NCBI GenBank assembly: GCA_965218555.1
Contig: OZ244625.1
Span: 4,412,968 to 4,476,967, forward strand
Reading direction: 5' to 3'
DNA length: 64,000 nucleotides
Origin: Bryobacterales bacterium
GTDB lineage: Bacteria > Acidobacteriota > Terriglobia > Bryobacterales > UBA6623
Numbering within the stretch: position 1 is the first letter of the stretch; each line of letters opens with the position of its first letter. A program made the position numbers and the translations under genes. Under the pieces are notes generated by a model, which saw only the letters and a list, made by a program, of their open reading frames with translations, made no database searches and was not told the DNA's origin. Of the stretch, positions 54,959-64,000 are shown piece by piece.

Positions 54959-56041
54959 TCACTTGTCGAGCAAGGCCACTCCGATGTGTGCGTAGACTCC
55001 GGCCTTGTCGGTACGATTGCGGCCCTGGCTGTCGATGTAATCGTTGTTCCAATCGCGGGCGGAGTAGTAGAGCAGGCGGCGGTCTCGTAGGCTCACGATG
55101 CAGGGCGTGGAGGTGTAGCGGCCGTCGAATCGTTGTTTATCCTTGGTCGATGGGAAAGCGATGTTTTCATGGTCAGTGCGCCAGGTTGAGCCGTCGTCGG
55201 AAGTGGCGTAGAAGATTTCGAAGGTGCCCCCTTCGATGTGGCCGCCGTACCACATGCGGTATTCGCCGTCCTCCTTGACAACAAAGGGATAGATCGTCGA
55301 GTTCGCCTTGCCGGAGGGCCGGATCAAGGGCGGTTCGAGCCGCTCCCAGTTGAGGCCGTCGGTCGAGGTGAATTCATAGATATTGAGGTAGAGTTCTCGC
55401 GCCGGTACCTCCATGCTCGGCCGCGAGTTCATCCACATGCGGTAACGGTTCGGCCCTTCCTTGATCACAGACGGTGAGCGCCCGGATTCGTAGACGGGTT
55501 CGGGGTGGACGTCCCACTTGATGCCGTCGGCGCTGGTGGCGTAGCCGAGTTTCTGCGTCATCTCGGTCATGGCGCCGTCGGCGTCGCGCTCCAGGATCGG
55601 AGCAGAGACGAACCACAGCTTGTAGAGCCGCTCCTGATCGTCGAACAGAACAAACGGCGTTTGGAAGTTCGGGCCCCAGGGAATGTCGTCGCCGGTGAGG
55701 ATCGGGTTCTCGTCGTGTTCCCGCCAATGGAAGCCGTCGTCGGATTCGGCGTACCCCAGAGAGATGTCGTTCGACCGCGAGCCGGTCGACGTGCCGAGGT
55801 ACCACATCTTGAACTTGCCGTCGATGTGCAGGACGTGCGGATTGTAGACGACCACCTTTGACCAGGATTGTTTGGTGGTGTAGGCCGAAAGGACGGGTTC
55901 GGGGCGGCGCTGCCAGGGTTGTGGACGCTGGTCGAGGGCGCTGGTCTCCTCTGGTCCGCCTGAAGGCGGGGTGCCGCAAGCGGCAAATACCACAAGCGCA
56001 AGAAGGAGCGCGAACGGTCGGAAGCTTCTGGTAAGTCGCAT
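54959..56041 (-). CDS. Lipoprotein, five-bladed beta-propeller glycosidase-like (GH43/GH130-like fold family)
   Basis: 360-aa ORF with lipobox VVFAACG. Repeated blade motif: KMWYLG...GYAESDDGFHW, GYATSADGIKW, FTSTDGLNW, YATSDDGSTW. Confidence 0.65.
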   Translation of the reverse strand: MRLTRSFRPFALLLALVVFAACGTPPSGGPEETSALDQRPQPWQRRPEPVLSAYTTKQSWSKVVVYNPHVLHIDGKFKMWYLGTSTGSRSNDISLGYAESDDGFHWREHDENPILTGDDIPWGPNFQTPFVLFDDQERLYKLWFVSAPILERDADGAMTEMTQKLGYATSADGIKWDVHPEPVYESGRSPSVIKEGPNRYRMWMNSRPSMEVPARELYLNIYEFTSTDGLNWERLEPPLIRPSGKANSTIYPFVVKEDGEYRMWYGGHIEGGTFEIFYATSDDGSTWRTDHENIAFPSTKDKQRFDGRYTSTPCIVSLRDRRLLYYSARDWNNDYIDSQGRNRTDKAGVYAHIGVALLDK

Positions 56042-56043
56042 GG

Positions 56044-58530
56044 TTATTCCGTGTAGGTAACAAAAAACGGCGAGACCCAGGCCAATTCGGAATCGCCCGC
56101 GGGGTTCTCGGGGTCGCGTTGGAAAACCCTTAGGTAGTAGTAGCTCTTGCCGGGGGACGCGTCGAGATCACGATAGCTGATGCGGGCTGTCTTGCCCTCG
56201 GGGTCAGCCGTGTAGATGTACTCGCCGTTGCGGATGACGTCGATGCGGCGAATCTCGTCGGGCGCTTCTATGGTCGCCTCGATCGACGGCGGGTCGGCCG
56301 TAGAGGTGGTGAATTCCTCCCCGGGCATATGGCCGGCGGCGGTGACTTTCACGACAATTTCGTCGCTGGCGGCGTAAGTACGCCGGGCCAGCATGCCGTC
56401 GAGAATCCCTTTGCGATCTTCCTGCTCCGCCCAGACGGCGGCCCAACTGTTGTGGGTCGAAAAGTGGTCGCTGAAGGACACGAAGCCGTATAGATTCCCT
56501 TTGTCCAAGGCATCGCGCGCGAAGTGGCCGGGCTCGTCGGTCTGGGTTGGGCCGCGCTTTTCTTTATCAGGCAGCCGCCAGGCTTCATAGCTGCCCCGGA
56601 ACGCCTGATAGATTTCGAGCACGGAATCGTAATAAGGGTTCTGCCAGTTCCAGTCCGCCAGCGGGCCCGACCCAAAGGTGTGCGGCACGGCGACTACCTT
56701 CTGTCCCGGTTGCGTGAGCACGTTACCCTCGATCCACTTCCAGAAGTTGGGCGGCTGGTTGTCGGCTTCGTTGCGGCGGCGATCGATCAGGCGCATGGGC
56801 GCGCCGCGCTTGAGGAACAGCAGATTGCGGTGTCCGCCGGGACGCTCCATGCTGTGCTCGTAGCTGTAGATGCCCATGAAGTGCGGGACGTGCGTCATCA
56901 GGTCGACGGCCTTTTGCGTCCACCACCACTGATAGTCGCGCAAGCCCTCGGGGTTGCGGCCGGCGAGCGTGTCGGTGTGGTCGGCGGTGCCGACGAAGTC
57001 CATCTGCGCGGCGTCAATGGCGTAGCGGTAGGTGTCGAGGATTGAGGCATCCGGGCCGCGGTGCGGCTCGATGTCGGTGTGGCGATGGCAGTCGCCGAGC
57101 AGCAAATGGTAGGTGCGGCCGTCCACCGTCATTGTCTCGCGCGGACGACGTGGGAGCGCCTGTGCCGGCGGCGGCAGGCGGGCCTCCTGCAACGCGGGCG
57201 CGGCTGGTTCGCCGTCCTTGAGCTCCGTAACCCAGACGCCATAATGCAATGCGTGATGTTGATCCCGTGGGCCGTAGTCCTTCCGGCGGGCATCGGACGA
57301 ATAGGCGACATAGAGCGCGCCGCCCGGTGACGAGGCGAGCGAGGCGAGTTGCGTGGCGCGGCCTGTGCTGCGGGTCAGCCGGTAGGGAAGCGTCCACGTA
57401 TCACCTGAAAGGCGCGCTACGAAAAACTGATGGACCGTGACGGGTTCGGACTCGGTCCAGTGGCGGAACACCAGCCATAGCGCGCCGTTCTTGTCGAATG
57501 CGATGTGCGGCAGCGCGGCGTAGCGCGTCATACCTCCGGAGAGCACCCCGGAAAGATCGGCCTGCGGTTCGAGTAAACGTCCACCGGCCCAGACGCGCAA
57601 TCCGATGGAGCGTTTGTTGTAGAGGCCCCGGCTGCCGGGCGCGGCGCTCGCACGGGAAAAGTCTTTGCCCCAGTTCTCGCCGCCGTCGTCCCAGGCCACC
57701 CAAACTCGATCTTGCGAATCGACCGCGATGCTTGAGTGGAACTGTGCCGTCGACTCCGTGGTTATGGGGGTCACATCGCCCGCTTCAACGCCGTCGAACG
57801 AGCGCAGGAAAACGTCATAGTTGCCGTGCTTGTAGGAATCCCAACTGATCCACGCCTTGCCGCTCGAATCGAGCGCGACTGCGGGATCCCAATCACCGGC
57901 GGTGCTCGTCGAGATGCGCGTTTCGGGACCCCAGCGGCCGTCGCTGAAACGCCGCGCATAGACGTCTGCATTGCCGTCGCGAAATGACTGCCACACAATC
58001 GTCACGGCGCCGGACGGGTCGGCCACCGCGCGCACGTTGAAGTCGCCGTGGGGCGCCCGGGTGAGGCGCTGCGGAAGCGTTGCTAAGCCCTCTGCCGAGA
58101 GTTCACAGGTGAAAAGCTCGAAATTGTCCTCGATTCGTGACGGCCAGACGACGAGCACACCCCCGGGAGTCGGCGCGATGGCCGGGGTATAGTGATCTCC
58201 GCGGCCGGATAAGTCGAACGGCTTGACCCACTTCCCGTCCGGTTTCTTCGTGCGAACGACGACACGGTCGGCAACGCCCGCGATCCACTCGACGTACGCG
58301 ACATGCAGGGAGCCATCGCGCGTGGTGGCGATGGCGGGCCAATCCGACGTGTATCCGGCTGTCGAGACGCGGTCTCCCGGCAGCTCGCCTGCGAGTTTCA
58401 GTGGCGACGGTTTGTAACGCGTCTCCCGCACCCACTCGCGCTCCGGCTCCTGAGCTTTGAGGAATGCCGGTGTGAGCAGGAGGACCGCGGCGATCCACGA
58501 GGAATATGCTCGCAGTCTGCGGTTTTGCAC
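56044..58530 (-). CDS. Secreted repeat (propeller-like) protein with C-terminal PHP/CehA-like metallohydrolase domain
   Basis: 828-aa ORF with a signal peptide. N-terminal repeated units (VVWPS..., IVWQSFRDGNADVY, ISWDSYKHGNYDVF, VAWDDGGENW). C-terminal GDCHRHTDI...GTADHTD histidine motifs. Confidence 0.6.
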   Translation of the reverse strand: MQNRRLRAYSSWIAAVLLLTPAFLKAQEPEREWVRETRYKPSPLKLAGELPGDRVSTAGYTSDWPAIATTRDGSLHVAYVEWIAGVADRVVVRTKKPDGKWVKPFDLSGRGDHYTPAIAPTPGGVLVVWPSRIEDNFELFTCELSAEGLATLPQRLTRAPHGDFNVRAVADPSGAVTIVWQSFRDGNADVYARRFSDGRWGPETRISTSTAGDWDPAVALDSSGKAWISWDSYKHGNYDVFLRSFDGVEAGDVTPITTESTAQFHSSIAVDSQDRVWVAWDDGGENWGKDFSRASAAPGSRGLYNKRSIGLRVWAGGRLLEPQADLSGVLSGGMTRYAALPHIAFDKNGALWLVFRHWTESEPVTVHQFFVARLSGDTWTLPYRLTRSTGRATQLASLASSPGGALYVAYSSDARRKDYGPRDQHHALHYGVWVTELKDGEPAAPALQEARLPPPAQALPRRPRETMTVDGRTYHLLLGDCHRHTDIEPHRGPDASILDTYRYAIDAAQMDFVGTADHTDTLAGRNPEGLRDYQWWWTQKAVDLMTHVPHFMGIYSYEHSMERPGGHRNLLFLKRGAPMRLIDRRRNEADNQPPNFWKWIEGNVLTQPGQKVVAVPHTFGSGPLADWNWQNPYYDSVLEIYQAFRGSYEAWRLPDKEKRGPTQTDEPGHFARDALDKGNLYGFVSFSDHFSTHNSWAAVWAEQEDRKGILDGMLARRTYAASDEIVVKVTAAGHMPGEEFTTSTADPPSIEATIEAPDEIRRIDVIRNGEYIYTADPEGKTARISYRDLDASPGKSYYYLRVFQRDPENPAGDSELAWVSPFFVTYTE

Positions 58531-58536
58531 AGTGGC

Positions 58537-59274
58537 TTAGTCTCCGTGGGCGTCACGCCAGGCAGCGATGCGGTAAGGCGAGATGCCTAACAGATACGCC
58601 AGGATGCAGACTTGATTGCTCCACGTTGCGCGCAGAACGCCAAGTTGCCGCCAGCGCCGCGCTGAAGTCCTGACTGCAACCGGGGCGAGTTCGATCCGAC
58701 CTAGTTTGCAGAGGCGGCGCATCAGTTCGAAGTCTTCCATCAGGGGGATCTCCGCGAATCCTCCGGCGCGGCGGAAGGTTTCAGCCTTCACGAAGATCGC
58801 CTGGTCGCCATAGGGCAGTTGGCAGTAAAGCGATCGCCAGTTCGCCATGTTTTCGACCCAGCGCAGCATGCGTCCGGGCCCGTCGACGCCCAGTCGAAAG
58901 GCGCCGGCGCTGACGCCTTCACGGGAAAGCAGCTTGTCGATGTGCTCGAGAAAATCCAGCGGGAGAAGCGTATCGGCGTGAAGGAACAGCAGCACGTCGC
59001 CCTGAGCTTCAGCCGCGCCCCGGTTTTGTTGCGTGCCGCGCCCCAGAGCGGATTCGATCACTGTCGCCCCCGCCGCTCGGGCCCTACGGCAGGTCTGATC
59101 TCGGCTCCCTCCATCGACGACGATGACCTCGCAGACGCCGCTATCACGGAGCTGCTCGATCACTGCACCGATCGAGTTTTCTTCGTTGCGCGTCGGAATG
59201 ATGACCGAAACGCGCAGACCCACCTCCGGGAGAGGACGCACCTCGTCGGGCAGAGTTGCAACGCGAACCTGCAT
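58537..59274 (-). CDS. Family-2 glycosyltransferase (TIGR04283-like)
   Basis: 245-aa ORF. VSVIIPTRNEE, VVDGGSRD, LFLHADT and PYGDQAIF motifs. Confidence 0.85.
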   Translation of the reverse strand: MQVRVATLPDEVRPLPEVGLRVSVIIPTRNEENSIGAVIEQLRDSGVCEVIVVDGGSRDQTCRRARAAGATVIESALGRGTQQNRGAAEAQGDVLLFLHADTLLPLDFLEHIDKLLSREGVSAGAFRLGVDGPGRMLRWVENMANWRSLYCQLPYGDQAIFVKAETFRRAGGFAEIPLMEDFELMRRLCKLGRIELAPVAVRTSARRWRQLGVLRATWSNQVCILAYLLGISPYRIAAWRDAHGD

Positions 59275-59346
59275 GCCGCCGGGAAGGGAAGTTACGAGAA
59301 TACCACGCGGGACGCTGTTCGCCCATCGAACGGTGGTGGAAGGCGG

Positions 59347-62300
59347 CTACCGTTGGACCGGTATGACCACGGCGTTGCTCCGGATGCCGTTGCAGATCAC
59401 AACCAGCAGAAGGTTGCCGCTGGGCAGGTCTGCGGGCAGCGTGATGTTGATTTGATATAACCCGACGGATCCCGGTGTCAATCCTGAAAAGAGCACGGTG
59501 GACTCTTGGCCGTTGACCTCTACTGAGGGCGTTTGGCGAGTTCGTATCGGGTTGCCGAACGACGCAGGCTCACCGGTTACCTGCGTGTCCGTGACCGGAC
59601 CGATGCCCGTGCCGTAGACGATGACCGTTTCACCAGGTCGGGCCGGATTGCCCGGAGTAGCCGCGCTGCCGTCAAGATGAGTGATCACTCCCTGCACACG
59701 CCCCTCGTACGCGAACTCGAACACACTTGGTGAATAGTCGGACAAATCAGCGACAAACGGCTCGCTGACGCTGTCTTCGATCCGCATCTTGACAAAGACG
59801 GAGTTGAGGCCGGCAAACTCCCAGGGGATTTGCAGGTTCGCCTGTGTGTCGCTTACGAAGTAGAACCGTCCGGGCAGGCTGAGGTCGGCCTCCGGGAAGT
59901 CGAAGCTCACGCTGGCGTGCTTAAGCGCAATCGACAGGGGTACGTCGCTGTTCGATCCGAGAAACTCGCTGAGGTTCTCTCCGTAGATCGATATGATCGA
60001 GCCCGCGCTGATCGGCTGATCGCTGCCAGGATCGCCTGCGTTCACGACGGCGGTAATCACGGGCTTGGCGCGTGCTGCGTTGTAAAAGGGCACTCGCAAT
60101 CCACCGGCGAACGCCTCATAATCTTGCGGGCCCAGATTCGGTCCCATGTCGACGTCGGCGGCCGCGATGCCGAAGAGATCCGTAGAGTTGTCCGCCTCGT
60201 AGATCGCGCCACCACCGTCGACGACGTTGAAGGTCACGTCAAGGTTCGGCACCGGTTGACCATGAACGTCAACCACGCGGAAGATCAGCAACTCGGGATG
60301 CGGCTCATTCGCTGTCCCAATGACGCCCGTTCCGGCGATGGCGAACGTATTGAACGGTGCCCCGTCACCGACAACGTAGTAAAAGGGGATGAACAAGTCG
60401 AGCCCGCCGGCCAACCGCACGACACGAACGATGCCCTCGTAACTGCCCGCGGTCGGTCGCTCGCCCTCGAGAGTGACTCGCAGATCGACCCATTGGCCGC
60501 CCCGGAGTTCGAACTCGACCGCTTCGAAGCCTTCTACCAGAACCGAGGCTGTTGGGTCCGTGTCCCTCGGCGCGACGATTACCTGGTAAATATGCGTCGC
60601 GATTTCGGGGTTACGAATCGTCAGCGTACGTTCCACCGGAAGGGTCACATCGTTCAAGGCGCCGAAGCTGATCGTTGAAGGAATCGCCGTCGCCACCGGA
60701 TCCAACGCTTCTTCAACGTCGAGAATTCCCGCTCCGACCGAGGTGACCCGTGCCAACTCGCCATTCTCGAAGATCTCCGTGGCGGCAGTATTGACGATCG
60801 CTGACTTGATCTCGTCGACGGAGAACTCCGGATGGCGTTGCATCACCAGCGCCGCCGCTCCCGCCACCAGCGGCGCAGAGAAGCTCGTGCCGTCCACGGA
60901 AGTGAATCCAGTGTTGTCGAAAGTGTCGCCATTGCGGTCGAATCGCTGTGCGGCGGAGTAGATGAAGACCCCCGGCGCGACGACTTCGGGTTTGATGTCG
61001 TTGCTCGGACTCGGCCCCCGCGAGCTGAAGGGAGCCACTTGGTCGGGCGTGATGGCGCGGGGCCGCAGTGTCGGATCAAGCGTGACTTCAACGTCGGCTT
61101 CCGCCAGTCGGCTGCGGAGGTCCGAGCCGGCGGCGGCTCCGATCATGTAGGCCGGAATATCCGTGGTTTCCAACCCGAACATGACGAAGGGCTCATCCTC
61201 TCCCTGCGTGTTTGCAACGAGAACCGCCATCGCCCCCGCTTCGGCCGCAAAAGCCACTTTGAACTCGAACTCGCAGAACCCGCGCTCAACGACTGCGATG
61301 CGATCCTGTAGCGCGTCGGCTGTATAGGGCGTACAGCCTGTGCCGTCGCCGAACGAAGCCGCGTCCGCTGCAAGCGCTGTCAGCGATGAGGAAAGTTCGG
61401 GGCCCGTACCTGACAAGGCGGTGTAGCTCTGGCCGCCGAATCGAACCTCTTGCACGAACTGCCGTGAGTTGGCGGACGCGCCGACGGTGATCACGTCCGG
61501 AGCCGATCCAGGCGTCGAGATCGAGTTGAGTGCCGGAAAGTGCTGTTCTCCAAAAGCCCCGGCGTTGCCCGCCGCGGCGACGACCACGACCCCGAAGTCC
61601 CGGACGGCGCTCTGGGCGGCGATCGCCACAGGGTCGCACAAGACCTGTGGATCATCGGAACAGGCGTTCCCTTGCTCGTCGAAAGGGAACTGTGCAACAG
61701 CGCCGAAGCTGATGCTGATGACGTCCATGCCGTCGAGCACCGCATCGTCAATCGCTCGGATGACGGCTTCGGCGTTGCTGAATTCGTTGATATCCGCCGA
61801 GCCAAAGATCTTGTAGTTGCCGAGGAAGGCCTTTGGGGCGATCCCGGTGAGCGTGCCCACTGGCGAGTCGACCTGTCGCCCGGCGGCGATCATGGCGACG
61901 GACGTGCCGTGGCCGACGCGGTCGCGTGGCGAGAAGTCGTCCGGCCGCGAGAACGCCGGCTGATCTGAGCTCAGCAAATTGACGTAGCTGCGCGCCACGA
62001 TGACTTTGTTGTTCGTGAACACCTGATCCTCGGGGCGCCCTTTGGGGAAACCGGGCGGTGGGACCAGGGACTGGTCGATCATTCCGGGGTGCTCAATGTC
62101 GATTCCGCTATCGATAATGCCGATCTTGATGCCCGCACCCGCTTGGCTGACGCCACCCACCGCTTCCCAAGCTTGTGACGCTCGAATCAGATCATCGGCC
62201 TCGTTGAGCAATTTCTTGAAACGCGGCGTGCGGACGACTTGCTTCACTCCTCCGAGTTGCCGAATCTGTTCGGCTTGGGCTCGCGTAGCACGAATGAATA

Positions 62301-62616
62301 CGGCGTTCACCGTGTGGCAGGCCGATGTGGTGACCTTCGCGCCGATCGCCGAGATCGCGGTCTTCACCGGCTCCTGCCTGGCGAGTAAGCGGCGTGTCAA
62401 CTCGCCATAGTCCTTGCTGCCGGTACGCACTCGGCCCTTCGCACCTCTGAGGTTTTTCGGAACTTGGCCGCCGACGGGATTCTCCTTGAGGATTACGGCG
62501 TAGCTGCGCGCCGTTTCGGCGGCGGCGAAAGGCGCCCAAAGCGTGATGCACAGCAGAAAGCTAAGCTGCAGCGGCCTTAACAGCCGGAATCCTCTATGCC
62601 AGCGGAGCAGGGTCAT
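59347..62616 (-). CDS. Subtilisin-like S8 serine protease with PA domain, Ig-like repeats and Solibacter-type C-terminal domain
   Basis: 1089-aa ORF. Catalytic D (GIIDSGID), H (HGTSVA) and S (GTSFSAP). C-terminal ...FSGLTPGSVGLYQINITLP... resembles the TIGR03437-type tail as I recall it. Confidence 0.85.
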   Translation of the reverse strand: MTLLRWHRGFRLLRPLQLSFLLCITLWAPFAAAETARSYAVILKENPVGGQVPKNLRGAKGRVRTGSKDYGELTRRLLARQEPVKTAISAIGAKVTTSACHTVNAVFIRATRAQAEQIRQLGGVKQVVRTPRFKKLLNEADDLIRASQAWEAVGGVSQAGAGIKIGIIDSGIDIEHPGMIDQSLVPPPGFPKGRPEDQVFTNNKVIVARSYVNLLSSDQPAFSRPDDFSPRDRVGHGTSVAMIAAGRQVDSPVGTLTGIAPKAFLGNYKIFGSADINEFSNAEAVIRAIDDAVLDGMDVISISFGAVAQFPFDEQGNACSDDPQVLCDPVAIAAQSAVRDFGVVVVAAAGNAGAFGEQHFPALNSISTPGSAPDVITVGASANSRQFVQEVRFGGQSYTALSGTGPELSSSLTALAADAASFGDGTGCTPYTADALQDRIAVVERGFCEFEFKVAFAAEAGAMAVLVANTQGEDEPFVMFGLETTDIPAYMIGAAAGSDLRSRLAEADVEVTLDPTLRPRAITPDQVAPFSSRGPSPSNDIKPEVVAPGVFIYSAAQRFDRNGDTFDNTGFTSVDGTSFSAPLVAGAAALVMQRHPEFSVDEIKSAIVNTAATEIFENGELARVTSVGAGILDVEEALDPVATAIPSTISFGALNDVTLPVERTLTIRNPEIATHIYQVIVAPRDTDPTASVLVEGFEAVEFELRGGQWVDLRVTLEGERPTAGSYEGIVRVVRLAGGLDLFIPFYYVVGDGAPFNTFAIAGTGVIGTANEPHPELLIFRVVDVHGQPVPNLDVTFNVVDGGGAIYEADNSTDLFGIAAADVDMGPNLGPQDYEAFAGGLRVPFYNAARAKPVITAVVNAGDPGSDQPISAGSIISIYGENLSEFLGSNSDVPLSIALKHASVSFDFPEADLSLPGRFYFVSDTQANLQIPWEFAGLNSVFVKMRIEDSVSEPFVADLSDYSPSVFEFAYEGRVQGVITHLDGSAATPGNPARPGETVIVYGTGIGPVTDTQVTGEPASFGNPIRTRQTPSVEVNGQESTVLFSGLTPGSVGLYQINITLPADLPSGNLLLVVICNGIRSNAVVIPVQR

Positions 62617-62829
62617 TGGCAGTGGTCAGTCTTTCGACGTGCCCCCGCAAGCACCCGTTTCTGGCCGATTTCACGCAGTGACGAAACACAAAAATGGCTG
62701 TTATGCACCGGCATAGCTCGAACATCTGCCGGGTCGCGCAACGCCCCGTGAACGCAATGCCAACTTCCCGATCCGAATCCCTGCGTCATGCTACGCTAAG
62801 AACAGCCTCCTAGAAGGACCCCGGAAACC

Positions 62830-63048
62830 ATGAAAAGAGGAATTCATCCGGTCTATGAGCCGGTCAAGGTGACCTGTGCGTGCGGTGCAGAGTGGGAGAC
62901 CCGCTCGACCCACAAGGGCGGCATCCACCTGGAGATCTGTTCGGCTTGCCATCCCTTTTTCACGGGCAAGCAAAAGCTCATCGATACCGCCGGCCGCGTC
63001 GAGCGCTTCCGACGGAAATACGCCAAATCCAAGGCTTTGAAGAATTAA
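62830..63048 (+). CDS. rpmE: 50S ribosomal protein L31
   Basis: 72-aa ORF: MKRGIHPVY...CxC...[13 protein letters not shown]...[10 protein letters not shown]. Confidence 0.95.
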   Translation: MKRGIHPVYEPVKVTCACGAEWETRSTHKGGIHLEICSACHPFFTGKQKLIDTAGRVERFRRKYAKSKALKN

Positions 63049-63059
63049 CCTACGCCCGA

Positions 63060-63076
63060 GCGGCTTGACGAGCCGC
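63060..63076. terminator. Hairpin between convergent rpmE and ligase genes
   Basis: GCGGCT-tgacg-AGCCGC, a 6-bp stem located between the two stop codons. Confidence 0.45.
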
Positions 63077-63078
63077 CA

Positions 63079-64000
63079 TTACACCTTCATCCGTAGCATT
63101 TCGGATGCCAAGCTGCGCAAGCGCGCCAGGTCAAGCTTCCCCGATCCGAGTAGAGGGATTTCCTCCACCGGCACGATATGCTCTCGTTTCGGGATCCATA
63201 GCTTCGGCAACTCCGTGTGGCTGAGCTGCTTCCAGAGGTCATCCGGCGTGACCGATTCGTGTTGATAGAGTACGACGATCCGCTCGCCCTTGCGCTCATC
63301 CGCCACGGCCGTCACCGCGCAAGATTGCGTACCGAGCAGCTCGGATACCGTCTCTTCGATCTTGACATGCGGCACCATTTCCCCGCCGATCTTGCTGAAG
63401 CGTGAAAGTCGGTCGGTAATACGGATAAAGCCGTCGTCGTCGATCTGGGCGACGTCCCCGGTTTTATACCAGCCGTCCGCCAGAACCTCCCGTGTCTTGT
63501 CAGGACTCCCGAGATAGCCCTGCATGCAGTTCGGTCCTTTGACGAGCAGCAATCCCTCCTCGTTCGGCGCGATCGGTTCCCCGGACTCGAGATCCACCAC
63601 TTTCGCCGCGACGGCCGGCAGGGGATGGCCGACAGTACCCTCCTTGTGCCCCGGTTGACGGTAGTGCCTTGTCTCGAATCCCGGTGTGTTGACGGCAACG
63701 ACGGGGGCCATCTCGGTACAGCCGTAACCTTCTAGCAGCTCGATCCCGAACTTCTCGCGGAACTGCTCCGACAAGTAGTCCCGCAGCTTCTCGGCGCCGA
63801 CGATCACATGACGTAACGACGCGAATTGTTCCGGCGTGCACTGGCGGGCGTAATTCGCAAGGAAGGTGGGCGTCGCCAACAGGAACGTAGCACCATACTT
63901 CAGCGTCAGATTGCCGATCGTTTTTGCGTCCAGCGGATTGGTGTGGTAGACAACCGGGAAACCTGTCAGCAACGGCAGCCACAGAGTGACCGTGAATCCA
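63079..64000 (-). CDS. AMP-dependent acyl-CoA/acyl-ACP synthetase, C-terminal part (N-terminus beyond right edge)
   Basis: The frame stays open to position 64000 (upstream residues ...GFTVTLWLPLLTGFPVV). Motifs GYGCTEMAP, WYKTGD and PLLGSGKLD. Confidence 0.8.
   Translation of the reverse strand, partial: GFTVTLWLPLLTGFPVVYHTNPLDAKTIGNLTLKYGATFLLATPTFLANYARQCTPEQFASLRHVIVGAEKLRDYLSEQFREKFGIELLEGYGCTEMAPVVAVNTPGFETRHYRQPGHKEGTVGHPLPAVAAKVVDLESGEPIAPNEEGLLLVKGPNCMQGYLGSPDKTREVLADGWYKTGDVAQIDDDGFIRITDRLSRFSKIGGEMVPHVKIEETVSELLGTQSCAVTAVADERKGERIVVLYQHESVTPDDLWKQLSHTELPKLWIPKREHIVPVEEIPLLGSGKLDLARLRSLASEMLRMKV

Overview
GC-rich bacterial chromosomal window. The gene content suggests Acidobacteriota or a related soil lineage (inference only): a PVC-type heme-binding dehydrogenase-like protein, a Solibacter-type C-terminal domain on an S8 protease, and many TAT- or lipoprotein-exported hydrolases.

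Left third (ordinary core genes):
- A complete MoxR-DUF58-DUF4381-BatA-BatB-TPR-BatD operon. BatD runs off the left edge and is absent from the supplied ORF track.
- HyuA/HyuB hydantoinase/oxoprolinase.
- MlaE/F/D preceded by an RsbW-like kinase plus a STAS protein.
- rsmB-rpe, bamD, a receiver protein and yajQ.

Middle:
- A CNNM/CorC transporter and a GluR0-type ligand-gated K+ channel.
- A full-length group IIC intron inserted 8 nt after a terminator hairpin; its RT ORF is frameshifted.
- PhoX/DUF839 and BNR proteins, and a two-gene pyruvate/2-oxoacid:ferredoxin oxidoreductase.
- A ~2.2 kb stretch of gene remnants, a LarA homologue and an IS630 remnant.
- A PVC-heme / CE4 / esterase / glycosidase-like cluster.

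Right third:
- A ~4.1 kb insertion-like cassette: excisionase-type HTH, then an SNF2 helicase carrying a DUF499-like N-terminal module, then an SprT-like metalloprotease, plus a truncated ATPase. This is my top candidate for an undescribed system.
- A disulfide reductase with a TVP38-DUF547 protein.
- A 680-bp ORF-free spacer with phased 10-bp repeats.
- A six-gene exported-enzyme operon (S8 protease, GT2, PHP-like propeller protein, glycosidase-like protein, two paralogous unknowns).
- rpmE and a partial AMP-dependent ligase.

Other points:
- A ~175-nt element with paired ends occurs twice (19.0 kb and 22.6 kb).
- I found no rRNA, tRNA or CRISPR array.
- Three otherwise intact genes carry single frameshifts, so either the sequence has indel errors or genes are decaying.
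- All family assignments come from motif recognition by eye and memory, not from database searches.
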